Positions 39,147 through 52,320 of a DNA stretch of 64,000 nt are shown piece by piece. This DNA is from Bigelowiella natans CCMP2755 (taxonomy: Eukaryota; Protista; Cercozoa). Numbering within the stretch: the first letter of the stretch is position 1; each line of letters opens with the position of its first letter. The notes under the pieces were generated by a model. It had not been told where the DNA came from, ran no database searches, and was given only the letters and a program-made list of their open reading frames with translations. Location: assembly GCA_000320545.1 (NCBI GenBank), contig ADNK01002827.1:1-64000 (forward strand), read 5' to 3'. The position numbers were made by a program, and so were the translations under genes.

Positions 39147-41908
39147 ATGCAAGCGATCAAAACATTGAGAGCCATTACCAGTCTCTTCGTGCTCATCCAC
39201 ACCCTAAGCTTAACACCAAGGGGTAAGTATAGCTATGTGGTGCGTGAGAATAAAGCATGAAATGCGTTTGGCCTTTGTGTTGCGACAAAGACTTACGTCG
39301 TCGGAGTTCGTGTGCACGGGTCCTCCGTAGGCTAAGGGGAGGAGAGTCTCATGAGCTTGGCGTTGAGACGCACGCTTCGGACTTAAAGGTAAACGAGCAC
39401 TGTGCATGGTTATGAGGAAACTCATGGCACCACGTTGCTGTTTTTGCTCGAGTTACCGCTCCTCCGACAATAATATGTACTAAGTTATATCACTGACTCT
39501 TGCAGGAGAAACGACGTGTTCAGACCTCTGTGGAAATTGAAGGTAATGTCTACGTTAGTTATGTTGTGCTCCAGATAACTACATCCTCTCCTCGTCCACC
39601 CCCCCCCCCCCCCCCCTCCTTATCCTTCTCCTCGTCTCTGGTTCTACTCCTCCACGCATTTTGATATAGGATTCGGCAAGATCCCACGTGATTTCAAGCC
39701 ACTAGGTATTATCGTCATCATGATTACCATCATTATCATCATTATTATCACCATCATCGTAAGAACTGATACTCCATCTGTTTGCTGCTTGTGACCGTAT
39801 GAAATAGTGTCTATCGTATCAATCAACGCACATACGAGGATAGATGTTGTAAGCATGACTGTCGCAACAAGCCGCGAATACGACTCCCCTCCTCCACTAA
39901 TTTGCCCCTTCCATTAGAGATTATTCATAATGCGGAGACACTACAGAAGCCAGGCCATAACCAATTGAAAACGGCACTTAACGAAAGCACAACAAGCTTG
40001 TTATCGAATTCGACAGAGGGTCATAACTCTGAAGTCGCAAATATAACTAAAGCTCCTTTGAGCCTTCCTCCCCTCACGAAGGATGAGCATTACCAATCAC
40101 GAATGGAGGAGATTGGTAATGCTCTTGATGAGGGAATACGTAAAGCTGACGAAGAACGCCTTAAACAAAAGAGCAGGACAGGAGGAAATGAAAGTAAGTT
40201 TTGTTACAGAGGCTGACGTCAAGTAGAAGGCATATTATTTTTTCAATATTCGAAAGACGTTGCCAATAAAGACAACACCAATGTTCTGTCATATCGTAGC
40301 GATAAACATGCAAGCGCAAACCGTTGTGATTTAGCATGTTACACTAGATTGTATCTTCTCTTCATCTGAATGTCATCTTATCACATTATGGCCCCACTGC
40401 GTCTTGTTATTCATATTGTATTTTTATTTTTTTTAATTGTTTTAAAAATGACAAGATGGCAGGAGCACGAAGATGGGCTTAGAAGTAGAGGTGCGCGAAG
40501 GAAAAAAACAGAATATTGAAATCTAACATACATTTATCATTACGAAACACACTCCTCCAGCACAAGAAGTGCTTGTTAGCAAACAACTTAGTCGATATTA
40601 TTAGTGCTGTTGATACTTCGGTCAGTATATTTTTGTTTCTAATTTATTATTCAAGTGTAAAGGCAGCTAAGATCACAATCGTTGATAATCCAGGAACAGC
40701 CATTCGAATATGACGACGATATGGAGGGGAAAGATATGGATAGTCATTTTTCTCATCTTTCTCCCCCCTCCCCCAAAGCAAAGAAGATCTTGGTGCGCAG
40801 ACTGGAAGGTGATGGACCTTGCGATTATTTTACATGCCACCCCCTTCTTTATCAACTCGGTCTTAAAAAACACTTCGATGATGAAATATGATAAAACGAT
40901 AATGACAAGAAGGTGCGACGTGCAGAGTGTATAGTCCCATACAGATAGTATACAGCACTATTGTGCGATTACCCTGTCAGTGTGCGAAGTAATGTGTCAT
41001 CGCCACTTTGTGGTTATTTTCATGTAGTATCATTGCTAATAATATGTACATGCACGCATCATCAGCTGTGCCTCTGGACAACGATAGGGTGCCAAAATCA
41101 CAGGTAGTAATATTGACGATGCGGATCCGTTAAAACTACGAACAAGTGTCTGAATTTTCCACACTTCTAACACACGCGCGCTAACTATTTGTGTGCGCAC
41201 AAAAGTGTGATGAATAGTTTCTCCCTCATATTATTAGTACGATTATCCGATATGGGAGCTTCAAGATGTGGAAGGTCTTAGCGTAGGATGCACGGCGTGC
41301 TTGTTTGCATGTATGCGTCTCTTCGAACACATTATGGCCAGTCAATCGATGAGAGGCCAATACTCTTGTGATGTTACAATAGAGCTTCATGCAATCTATG
41401 GCTGGCATCTTCTATTTCTATTTTGTTGTCTTCGAAATCATTTGAAGTCACTCCCTATTCCTTCCTCTCTTTCTCCTCCTTTGTGTCCCCATGATCCTTC
41501 CCTGTCCACTTCCTTTCCTTATCTACGTATGTCTTTGTTTATCTGCGCTTGTCAGAGCCGAAGTACATTGATCGAAAGCAGGATCTTACAGCACAAGAAC
41601 AAGTAAGCAGTAGCAGCAGTAGTAGTATTTATAGTAGTTGTATTGATACCGACGAGGAGCTACAGACCGTGCTTGTTACCAGACATACATAAATGTGTTT
41701 GTGGAGTAATTAACTCGCTCATCGTGAATGACGTAGTTGTGTATGTGCTGCTTGTGGTGTGATAGATGATGTACGATTTCGACGGTATTGGGCTCGATTC
41801 AGATGTGATAGGTTTGGAGACTGCAGTATATATCTCTTCCCCTTTCTAGTATATGTATAGAGGACGAGGCAGTTGTTTCGAAAGACACTTTGTGATGACT
41901 GCAGTTAA

Positions 41909-41946
<38 letters not shown>

Positions 41947-42369
41947 ACACACACATCTATATGAACATTGAAAGATGGAAAGAGGGAGAGGGTAATGCAT
42001 TCATGTACTATTACTTGACTATCATCATCCTCATCAACACATTGCTGTTAATAATACTGCTAATAATAGCCGGAGATCCACCTGCGACGCGCGAGGAAGG
42101 GTCATACACTTCAGCACCACTTGAACATCGTCATCAACATAACTGCTACTTGTAAAAATCTGATGTCGTGATCGTATATCACACGTTCTCTCTCACGAAT
42201 CGCCATCTTACTGTATTTTTCAACTTCGAAATGCCGCAAACAGCTACTACAACGACTACGCAATGGATAACTCCGATATTAGAGAGGTGGTGCTCGGCTT
42301 TGTTTTTTTTTATACTTTTCCTGACCTTCCTCTGCAGGAGATATGTAGAAAATATATATCGTAAGTATT

Positions 42370-42401
<32 letters not shown>

Positions 42402-43815
42402 CACGCATGCATGAGATACGTGTGTAGAGATAGAAATAGGGATCATACCTACCTTCTCCGTGCTGTCTTCAATATACCATGTCAGGAGGAAATAAGGAGG
42501 GAGGAGGAAGATAATATAATGGCTGAAATTGGGTGATGGAAAGACAATATGTTATTATTTCTCTTACTTCATACCATTCATGTAATGTGATACAGATACG
42601 AGCGCGTAAATTTTACGGAAGAGGATTTCAGGAGCCTCTCCCATTCTCGTCTTCCCAGTGATAACAGGCGAAATCTCCATGGGGGGGGAGAGGAAGAGGA
42701 CACTCTGCTAAAAATCAACGCAACTTATGTGCACGGAAATGAGAAAGATTGCGAAAATACAAACAGCAATTGCGAGGGAAGTGACGGCGCCAATGCCGTA
42801 CGAATTGATTCACAAGATTACAAGGGCCACAGGAATGACCATTCGAGCTATATTCTAGGGGAAAATGTCTTTGAATATGATCCAGGAGATGTGAGATGGG
42901 TATTACTTCACGTGTCGTTGTGACTGCTTTGTTTCAAGATTCGCTATTTTGTTAAACAGTAGATTGACAATGAAATGAGTCTCCTGATACATGCTAATTT
43001 TCCATCCTTATAGTTACCGCTTAACCCCGAGAATGAAACAGCTAACAGCATCCTTCGAGAGCAGAATCTGAACTTAATCGGTGATGATGATATGGACGAT
43101 GACGAGGGACCTCAATATCAATGGAAACGGCAGGGAGGGTTGCGTATAGACGATGATCAGTCGGAAGAAGAAGAAGGGGGGGGAAATGCTCCTGTAACCT
43201 CCAAAATGCACTGTCTCCGAACGTAAGTTGTGATAGCATAATAATATGTTAATTTATACAGTGGTATGGCCGGAGGACTGAATGATATTGTTTACCGTGT
43301 TTTTAGACATGCCCATCTTCCGTGAGGAAATGTGCACCCCAATTGTAGGCTTTGAAACGGCCTTTGGGAATCACATCTCACCCACATTATTGATATTAAT
43401 TTCTGGTAATCATTTGATGAAAATTATTCCTCGCTTTTCCAGAATTGACCGCGAAACGTCTGCGGAGTCGTGGAGTGAGGATTCTATCCAGTCTAAGCTG
43501 TCGCTAGTAGAGGAAAGACTAGCGCAAGAAGAACGCAATAGACTGGGGAAAATGCGCTTGAAGTCTCACTCTCGCCCCACCAAATTGGAGAAAGAAAAGG
43601 GGAATGCCGCAACTCCCAGCCGTAGCAATATCGGCGATGAGCAACATAGCAGTCTAAGAAAGCAAGAGAATAATAATAACGAGATACATTCTATGGTGGA
43701 AAGTCTCACATTAAAGTCACATGACGATGGCGATAATACTGACCCCAGAAGACGTCACTCTCTGAATGTAAACAGTTTTTTGTGTTTTCGTCATGCGGAA
43801 AAATCAATTTCTTGA
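39147..43815 (+). CDS. Hypothetical acidic protein(s) with signal peptide + RLRGG leader; multi-exon, possibly two genes
   Basis: Spliced MQAIKTLRAITSLFVLIHTLSLTPR|DLRRRSSCARVLRRLRGGESHELG, followed by a chain of GT-AG exons to 43815. A stop at 40891 and frame breaks at G runs make the model uncertain. Confidence 0.45.
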
Positions 43816-44229
43816 GAGCATTGAGTTTTCCTCGTAAATATCTTTGTTCAATTTGTTCATCGATATCGATAATTCATACAGAAAATCATATTTCAACCCC
43901 GTCCATAATTATCGAAATCTAAAAAATATTTCAATATTTTCCTACGGTTGATATTATTTCGAGTAAACTATTCGTGCTGTTATTTTGACGTCATTTCATC
44001 TATAATGAACCAAGTACCCAAACTCTTACCTAAAACTATGGAATGTTTGCCCCAATAATGGAGACGAGAGCTGTTTCAAAAAATACTTCATTTTCGATAT
44101 TTTGTCTTGATTTTTCACTTACGATGCAGGTAATCATAGGGGGGGAGGAGGAGCTTTTGTAGTTGCGCCTCGATTGAAGCATTGAAGCTTTGGGCGAAGC
44201 ACCTACATGACAAAACACAAACTGACACA

Positions 44230-44870
44230 GTAGATCATGATTCCATGCCTAGATGCCTAGATGTTTCTCAGTCCATCAGTGGAATTTTGGTGACAACATC
44301 GCGTCTGTGAGTTTAGAAGTAGCGAGCGCGCGGGACTAACTTGATGATCATCTAGATCATCCTGCAGCCAGAAATCTCAGCTAGCGGCACTACACTAGAT
44401 CTCGCATGCTAGCTAGCATGATCTATCAAGCTAGCTAAATGATGTCCGAACTAGCGAAGTCTAGAAGTGCCAAGGCAAAATGGCGGAAGGAGCTTGCTAG
44501 CTTGCGCTAACTATCTAGATGTTCTTCCCTGTCGCTAGCTTGTGCGCCTTCGCAAGCATTTGACAGCTACACGTAATGCTCAGGCATTAGATTCGCTTCT
44601 CTAGATGCTTACTAACATGAAGACTACTGGTGTCTAGGTGCAATGCGCCTCATTGATTCCGTGCAAATGTACGCGTTGCATTGCATTGGAAAGCTGCAAA
44701 ATTGCATGACAAATTGCGACTAACAACTTTAGAATTGGCTAGCTGGCATGTTGTAATATCGTTTTGTAGATGTAACTGTAGCTTAAAAAGTGGCCATGGA
44801 GCATCATTAAAATCGTGCAAGTTAGTCAAAGGTCTTCGTCAATATCTTCGGATGCATGTGACATAGAGGC
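44230..44870. other. CTAG-rich convergent spacer
   Basis: Dense CTAG/GCTAGC/TCTAGA between two gene 3' ends. Confidence 0.7.
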
Positions 44871-45101
44871 AGTAACCTCATGAGTGGAAATATGTTCGTC
44901 TTCTGATGGAACCTCTCATAAATAAATACAGACTTTTTCTGCTGGGAAATAAGAACCATGGAGACCCATCACTGTTACTTGCCATCAAAATCGTCTTGCA
45001 AATTTACTCTGCTGGATACCAGTATAACAATTTAATAAGAATTAGCTGATAGAAGTTGAAATTTTGTCACCTTAGAGGCCTACGACGATCGCTGTGTTAG
45101 G

Positions 45102-47485
45102 CTAAGGGAGTGTGGCTGATTGGAAAAATCCGGTGCTTTCTCCAAAATAATGTTCAGGAGTCTGCAAATATTTAATTCATATTGATTCGGATCGAAATCA
45201 ATATCTTATTTTAATATAATATAGCAAGGCTTGATCAGATAAACTGCGAGATGTTGTAAATGGAAGTATATTTTTTAATTAAAGGTTGACTTTTGTGTTC
45301 TACATATGCTTACGGTTACCTTTGGAGGAACCTTAGGGACCAAAATGTCTTCACCTGATGAAGAAATGGAAATAATTTGTATGGTTTAGAAAAGGAAATT
45401 ACAATAAATTGAACATAGATCTAATATATTACCGTCTCTTGTCTTTCCATGAATGTAGTATTTGATAGAGCATGAGTGCATGAAGTAAAAAAGTAGGGGT
45501 ATCAAAGATGAAAATTGAATAGTAAAGAGTTTCTAGCACCTCAATGGAAACCCATCCCTTGATTGGTTTGTTTATACGAGCTCTGTTTCTGACAATCTCT
45601 ATGACTGTCACCTATATGGGCATAGGATCTCTATCAAGAGAAGCTACTAGTTTTGCACATATAATTACTTGTGTCCCAAATGGAATACATTCAATCTGCT
45701 TGGTTTCAAAGCTTCTTCCTTCCCTAACTGCAGCACCATCATCGTGAACTACTACATGAAGTCCCTGAAACAACAACTCGTCAACCACCAACATTATAGA
45801 TTCACTACGTAATGCAGTACAAGAACTGGCCCTAGCTCAACATCGAGCTTGTTTAGAGTAAGTTTTCCGTCTACAACTTTGTCGTTTACTTTTTCAAATT
45901 CTTGACTAAGCAGCAAATAAGTTTATCTTCTTGTTCTTGTTGAGATCATTGTGTTGATATACTAAACCTCAATTCCACGTAACGACTAGAAAGATCTGTG
46001 AAGAGTTTCTTCTGAAATATCCGTAATATAATGAAAATTCAGTTTGATCGGAGTATTATATGGCCTAACCTGGCTGCCTAAAGTCTTAAGAACAATTTGT
46101 CTCGTCTCTCCGGGATACCTGTGCAATTTCGACGTCAGGCATTACTTCGTGATGTTGTATAGCTTACGAGGCAAGAAGCTTAGTGAGGTCCTTGTCCAAT
46201 TCCGCGCTATGTGATCCAGGGCATAAGTTAAGTCAAACTTTGATTGAAGAAACGGATTAAACCTGTGCTTTTCAAATGTATCCTTACAAGCTTCGACCTG
46301 TCTGTCTATGATCAAGAACAAACTAAAACACTTAAATAATTTCACCTTTTTTTCGTTCCTCTCAAGTTTCTTTGTGAAAGTCAATTTTTCGACCTATAAG
46401 GTTATCCGATATTTAAGGTTCTCTTGCACGCGACGATTATGGCGTTGACCTGGCCATTTTTCAAGTGGATTTTGTGAGTCTCCTTCAGTTTCCGAACTTT
46501 TCCAAGATAGTAGCTGAAAAATCTTAATTAACTAACACATGTTCGATAATAAATTGAGATATTACGAATAGTCTTCTCTCATTTTCTGACGATCCTTAAG
46601 CTTATTTTCTATTTCCTTGGCTTTTTGTGCTCGCTTATCCAGAGGAGCTCGTACTTCTACATGTAATGATTTCCATATGACCTCTGAGTGAACGAATGTA
46701 TTGTGACTACCTTTGCGAAGGCCTTCAACAATCTCCAAAACTATTTCATTATCACGTTCAAATCATTGTGGCACGAAGGTGTTGAGAAAAATATCAAAAC
46801 CTTCAAACTTCGAGAAGTCTTCAAGTTTTTTCTATTGAGAAAGCTTTTTTAATGGATATAATGAAAATTGAAGATGTGAAATATTTGGTTCGTACTTCCA
46901 ATACAGATATTTGTTCCATTTTTGGATGGGACGGATTTAGTTTTGCAACTGCAGACTGCTTGGCTCTGCGAACATGACAAATTAAAACCTAATAATGAAT
47001 TTATGCAATGAAATTTACGATAAATCGAGAGTAGCTGAAGCTGCGGTGAAGATAGCCTCCGAGATTTTCTTCATAAAAGCACATATTTATGCAGGATGGC
47101 ACTGGTAGGTTTGGCTAAGAAATTTTGCTTTGCCTCAAAACATACATCGAATTTCTCGAGTAGAGCTTCAATTCCTTGCTTATAAATAAAGAACTTCTCC
47201 ACTCTTCAAAATAATTATTAGACGTGATCAATAAATTTGATCAGAGATAAGGATATTGATACAAATTTTAGAGCATGCAATTTGTCGAAAGCATGATTTG
47301 TCGAGGATGAAATAGCGGCTCGAGTTGTAATAACTACTTTGCTGCAAAGTTAACGTCATCAACTGTCCCGCTATGGTACCTACCCACGGTCTATACCACA
47401 CAAGTAAGGAATGATCATGACGATAATGTCCGAATGGATCAACCTGTTGGATGACCCTTTTGCTTCTCTTCAGCATTCCTGACAT
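45102..47485 (-). CDS. BAR-domain protein (amphiphysin/Rvs167-like) with C-terminal SH3b-like domain, multi-exon
   Basis: MSGMLKRSKRVIQQ|TVGRYHSGTVDDVNF; PLDKRAQKAKEIENKLKDRQKMREDYS|YYLGKVRKL; KKLERNEKK|VEACKDTFE; then AAVREGRSFETKQIECIPFGTQ|VTVIEIVRNRARINKPIKGWVS. The 3' end is approximate. Confidence 0.7.
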
Positions 47486-47579
47486 GTTATCTGTTCTGTT
47501 GTTGTCTCCATAATTACCGTAACAAGCCTGTTTTCCATGTCGCACCCAAAATATTCAGGCCCTTTCCACCGTACAGTGA

Positions 47580-48620
47580 GATCTTGTGTTGCCATGTGCA
47601 GTCCAGGATTGCACCCGAGACTCCACCAGAGGACCAGGTGCAGAGGTGATCACAGAGTGTCTCGATGAGAAACAACAAACTGCATTTCATTCTCTCTGCC
47701 ATCAATTAGAGGATCGTTGATGTCACTTTGACACCAAAGCGATTTTTCCAAGTGCAACTGGGCAAAGAAAGAGAGCGCACGATGCAGGTGTGCTGGTGTG
47801 CCAGCGTGGTTCGTTGGAAGTGCAAAAGAGTCTGTGTCCGATGCTCGTGTGATCGTGTGCGCACTTTCACTCACAAGCGCGGACAAATGAAAGAGTGAAC
47901 GTGAGAAAACTGTCCACAAAAAGAAAACATTGTGGTCGGACAACGCACACTCCACCCACCTCTGGACCTGGCCACCCAGCACGTCTGGACACGCTGGCAT
48001 GGCCACCTAGCTAGCTAGCCACTGAAGTGGACGTGTCAAGCTGGCAAGCTGTAACACTGGAACACTGAGTGAGTTCTGTCAGTGCAGTTCACCACTGGAG
48101 CAGTTTCAGTTCTAGGGTTTCGTGCACGCAACAGCAGTGCGTTGTGGAGTTCTGGAGTTTGCACAATCACACGCACGTGTTTCATGCGTTGTTGCGTTGC
48201 TCGCACTGTGGAGTGACATCTTTGTGTAACGTGTTCGTCGATTCACCCAATTTGTGCGGTTGTGCACATGAAATTGCACCTCTCTGGCTCTGGGCTAGCT
48301 GGCCCTTCGTGCGCACGTGCACTTGCCACTGTCTGAGCCAAGCATGGTAGAGCAACGTTTCAACAGAACAAAGTGTGTTCGAGAACAGCTCATAAGTGTC
48401 TAGATGTCTAGATGTGTGCACGAGGCTTCGGCTTGAATCAAACGACATGTGACCTCAACTGTTTCATCGTTTGCGAATGCTTTCTGGCGTGACCGCGCGC
48501 AGTCTAGTAGTCACGGACAATGACAGCTGACAGGATAAAGAGATCGACCTTGCTTGTGCAACTGCTGGTCTCGATCCTAGTTCATTTTCGTTCATTTTGA
48601 ACACAAGATCATTTCAGCTG
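47580..48620. other. Strongly TpA-depleted block (decayed insertion or spacer)
   Basis: Hand count gives about 12 TA in 47581-48420 (840 nt), 7 of them in CTAG. CG is abundant. Sharp contrast with the AT-rich flanking genes. Confidence 0.85.
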
Positions 48621-48717
48621 TGACACGCAACAAATTAATTTTTAATTCTACATTTTAAACGAATCGAAGCTTCACATGTCTGCAACTTAATGTTCAAATT
48701 CTTGGTTTACATTGCCA

Positions 48718-51700
48718 TCAAAGTGATGGTGCGTTTTCATCAAGCTCGAGCCCATAATTGTCTTCCTCTACTCCCATTCCCACAACCTCTTTGTCCCTAA
48801 AATTGCCTGAGACTATTTTCTCCGTTCCTTTTAGTGAGCATTGTTTTTCCTTTCCAAGTTCGATCTTTGTTTTCTTTTTGCTATTTTCATTTTCGTGAAT
48901 AGGGAAACTATTTTTACGCTTACTTTTGTGAATTTCTTGAGAACGACCTTTCTCTCCTACACCACTGGAATTGGGACAAGAATCTTTACTATTCTTTGGT
49001 TGTGGCTTCCGGTTATGTTCGACATCAATATCTTTATTTTCTTTACTTTCGCTCATTGTTTTGAAGGCGCCTTTCCTATCTGATTTTTTTTTAGAGTCTT
49101 CAATTTGATTTTTATCTAGACTGTCTGGTTCCTGCTTTTCTTCAATAGAATCTCCGTGGTTGCCAATACCGTTGACAACCCCCTCTTGAACTTCTGACTT
49201 TGAGGGAGATCGATCATTGTTTGAATCGAATTCATCTAATGTCATCTCTTTTGGGGGATTTGGGTAAGTAAATTTAGATTTTTCCCCAATGGACTTTTCT
49301 CCACTAGATTCCCTATCAATGTTGCTGCTTGCACTCTCTTGTACACTACCATTCGTTGTTTCGTGATTTTCCTTTCCCACAGATGCCTACCAATTGTAGA
49401 AGTTGTTCACGGACAGTTTGCATCACTACTTAAATTGTTTACTTTTTTGGAGTTCGCACTCTCCTCAAGACCATCCTGAAATATTTCGATACCTACCAAA
49501 TTCAATATGTGAAGAGGTAGAAAAGTATTTAGTGTTAAGAAGTACCCCCATCAAATTGTTGACTTCCTTTGGAACCTGAATGCTGCATGTCTAAGTGTAT
49601 ATCTTCATCCTTGATAGCAAAAATGCTATTAATGGAATGAGCCTCATTTCCCTTCACGTTCGAAAAGTATCCGACAGTATCGCTATGAATTTGTTTTCCA
49701 TCAATTGTGGCCACCATTGTGGGAACATCCTTCCTCGAAGAATTTTCATTTATTAGAGAATTTATCCCATCCTTATGGTTTTTCGGATTCGGACGTGAAA
49801 AATTGAAGGGAAAGATATCTGCATTCTTTGAAACCGCGTATGTCTTGTTTTCCAAAGCTGCCTGAGGCGCAATTTCGCTGCTTTTTTTTTGCATTTGCTG
49901 TAAAAGTTGATTATGTTGTCGAAGGCTCATATGGGAAGGGTTTCCCGTAGCTACTTGTTGTGAAGTCTGCTGAGACCCTCTTTGAGAAGATTCAGATGCG
50001 CCAGTCTTAATCATTTTTGTATTTCCACTCGCATTTAAGCGTTTCGTACTATGAGCAACATGATTCACAATAAAAGTACATCGTATTGCCTATGAGTGGA
50101 AATTGACCTGGAAGATGACTTTCCATTTTCAGTTCGTGGGATAATTTGAGAAGGGGGAAATTCCCTTTGTGATTGGTGCCCACGCTTTATGAATAAAAAT
50201 ATTAGAATTTGAAAATGTGATAGGTTATAGACACGTTTACCCTTAGTCCGGGAATAGCGAACCAATCTTCTGTTGCTCGTCGAAGAGCAGCACCAAGTGC
50301 AAAATGTAGGGATCTGACCATAAAACTTTATCCATTGGCAAAATAAAATACTTGAGGATGTAAATGTGTAACCTATAAGCCTCTCGCAACCATCCGCTCC
50401 TTAATATTAATAATCGGAAGGGAGAGATGTTTATTTCTTTCTAAAGGCTGGGAAAATGATGTCTACTTGATTCTTTCCACAAGTTCACATAGAAGAAAGA
50501 TTCCATCGCCTTCAGGAACTGAGACCATAATATAATTTCACATATTTACCTTCTTATTGGTTGAAGGCGGCACTTTTATTTATTTAACCTCTTTCTAAAG
50601 TTCCGTATATTGACTCAAGAACCACACTATTACCTGATAATGAACTTACTCTAAAAAATCATTTTGCGACGAAATGATTAATAAGATGTAGCAAACCGCT
50701 ATTAACGCACTGAAATTTTCGACCATCAAAATGATACCTTTTAGTAAGAATTTTTGAATTTTGAAACAGATAATTTGTGAAGTATTGAAAGTCCGATGAA
50801 GCAAAGCATGTAGAGATAATCAGATTTAAAAAAAATTACCATCTAACTGGCATGGAATCGTAGATTGACATCTCATTTACTGACGCGTTTTGAAGAAGCT
50901 GTGCCTTTGTAAATTTGATCAATGAGTCATCAAAGAAAATAATTGTTATTATAGACTCGAATGTACAGTCATATCTTGCTACCAGCCAAAATGCTGAACC
51001 ATCAGTCGGGCGGATGACAACGATCTGACCTTAATGATTTGAACTCTCATGAGATAACTCAATATACAGATATGTGGTTCTCTCGGTACCTTGTATTAAA
51101 TTCTTCAAGCTAGAGAGTGGTTGAAAGTGAAGATCTTTAATCGTTTCGCGGCACTAAAAATCACAACAATTTGTATTTTCCTATGTGACATTGTTTGTTG
51201 GTACCTGCAGCCATTGCGCAGCTGCTTGAGGTATCCTTGATTTGTTGAATTGGTTGTCGATAACGGACTCGATTATAGTCTAAATAATAATGTCATCATT
51301 TCCAATATTCCTATCAACGAAGGTTCGAAACCAGTTTACAATTTTTCATTACTTCGGCATCAAATTTAATCCAGTCATCGTGGAAAAAACCGCCCCTATC
51401 AACATATATAATACTTCGAATGAGAAACCTTGTTTTTTATGGAAACTTTTAAGTCCTCGCTTGAAAATTGAATCAAAGAACTACAAATTAAATCCATCTT
51501 ACTTCTGTCCTCTCAGAGCACGAATTTTGTCATTGTCATTTTTCCGATGTGCTGAAACATGAGAAATTTTAAATGAACACGCTTCCAGGGCGTAAGTAAA
51601 GTGTTGTATGTACCACTTCCAGACTGGGCTGACGATTGTGCAAGCCCATTCAACTCCACAGACGGCATTACAGGTCAGGACCTAACAGAGGATGACCTGG

Positions 51701-52138
51701 TGGCTGGTGGCGGGACCTTTTTTGAGTTGGGTTTTGAATAAGTTTTGCGACACGTGATCAGAGGCATCTTGTAGCTCAAACGGAGGGAATTTTGTAAATA
51801 TTTGCACTCAATTACCTTGTCGTTTACATGCAATGAATCAGAGTTCAGTCAACATTGTCACCGATGAATTCAGGAGTTTCATTCTGCTGATCGCACATCC
51901 TATGTTACATTGCGACTTCACAAAATGCATGTCGCAGTGCAACAAATGAGTTTTTCGGAAGTTTGAATTGCTCGTCTAGAATCTTCAAACATTTTTTGAA
52001 ATCTTTAAAAATATATGAGAACTTCAACAATTTGAAAAATGGGTGATAGACACAGGTTATTATTATAGACACGTTTACCCTTAGTCCGGGAATAGCGAAC
52101 CAATCTTCTGTTTGCTCGTCGAAGAGCAGCACCAAGTG
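48718..52138 (-). pseudogene. 5'-truncated multi-exon gene of unknown function with in-frame stops, a frameshift and a duplicated exon
   Basis: Open exons at 48718-49380 and about 49535-50200. In-frame TGA in upstream exons (SSVRS*PVMPSV near 51676; KFVL*EDRSK near 51514). The exon end HLVLLFDEQTEDWFAIPGLR occurs twice, one copy with a 1-nt deletion. Confidence 0.5.
50227..52138. repeat. Direct repeat of ~75 bp (50227-50299 and 52065-52138)
   Basis: tatagacacgtttacccttagtccgggaatagcgaaccaatcttctgtt(t)gctcgtcgaagagcagcaccaagtg is identical apart from one T. Confidence 0.95.
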
Positions 52139-52320
52139 GGGGAAATCGCCTGCGCTTTTCTTTCTCTTCCCAAAGACCCAAAGAAATCTCGTACATGTAG
52201 TGTTGCTCGAGATTGTACGTTTTTTTCCTTGCTTCCAATTGCGTGCATCAAGTCACAATTGATTTACACGTGCGTACGTTGTAGTGCAAAGTGAGCACGT
52301 ATCATTCGTACTTCTCAATT

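Noticed and set aside
47650-48448. His/Cys-rich ORFs resembling metal-binding proteins
   Set aside because: Expected artefact of TpA loss, which removes TAA/TAG and turns Tyr into His or Cys.
51322-51332. GGTTCGAAACC, B-box or tRNA T-loop-like
   Set aside because: No cloverleaf or A-box could be built around it.
51500-51700. In-frame TGA codons as possible selenocysteine or recoding
   Set aside because: Other genes here use TGA as stop, the context is not redox-like, and a frameshift and truncation nearby favour a pseudogene.
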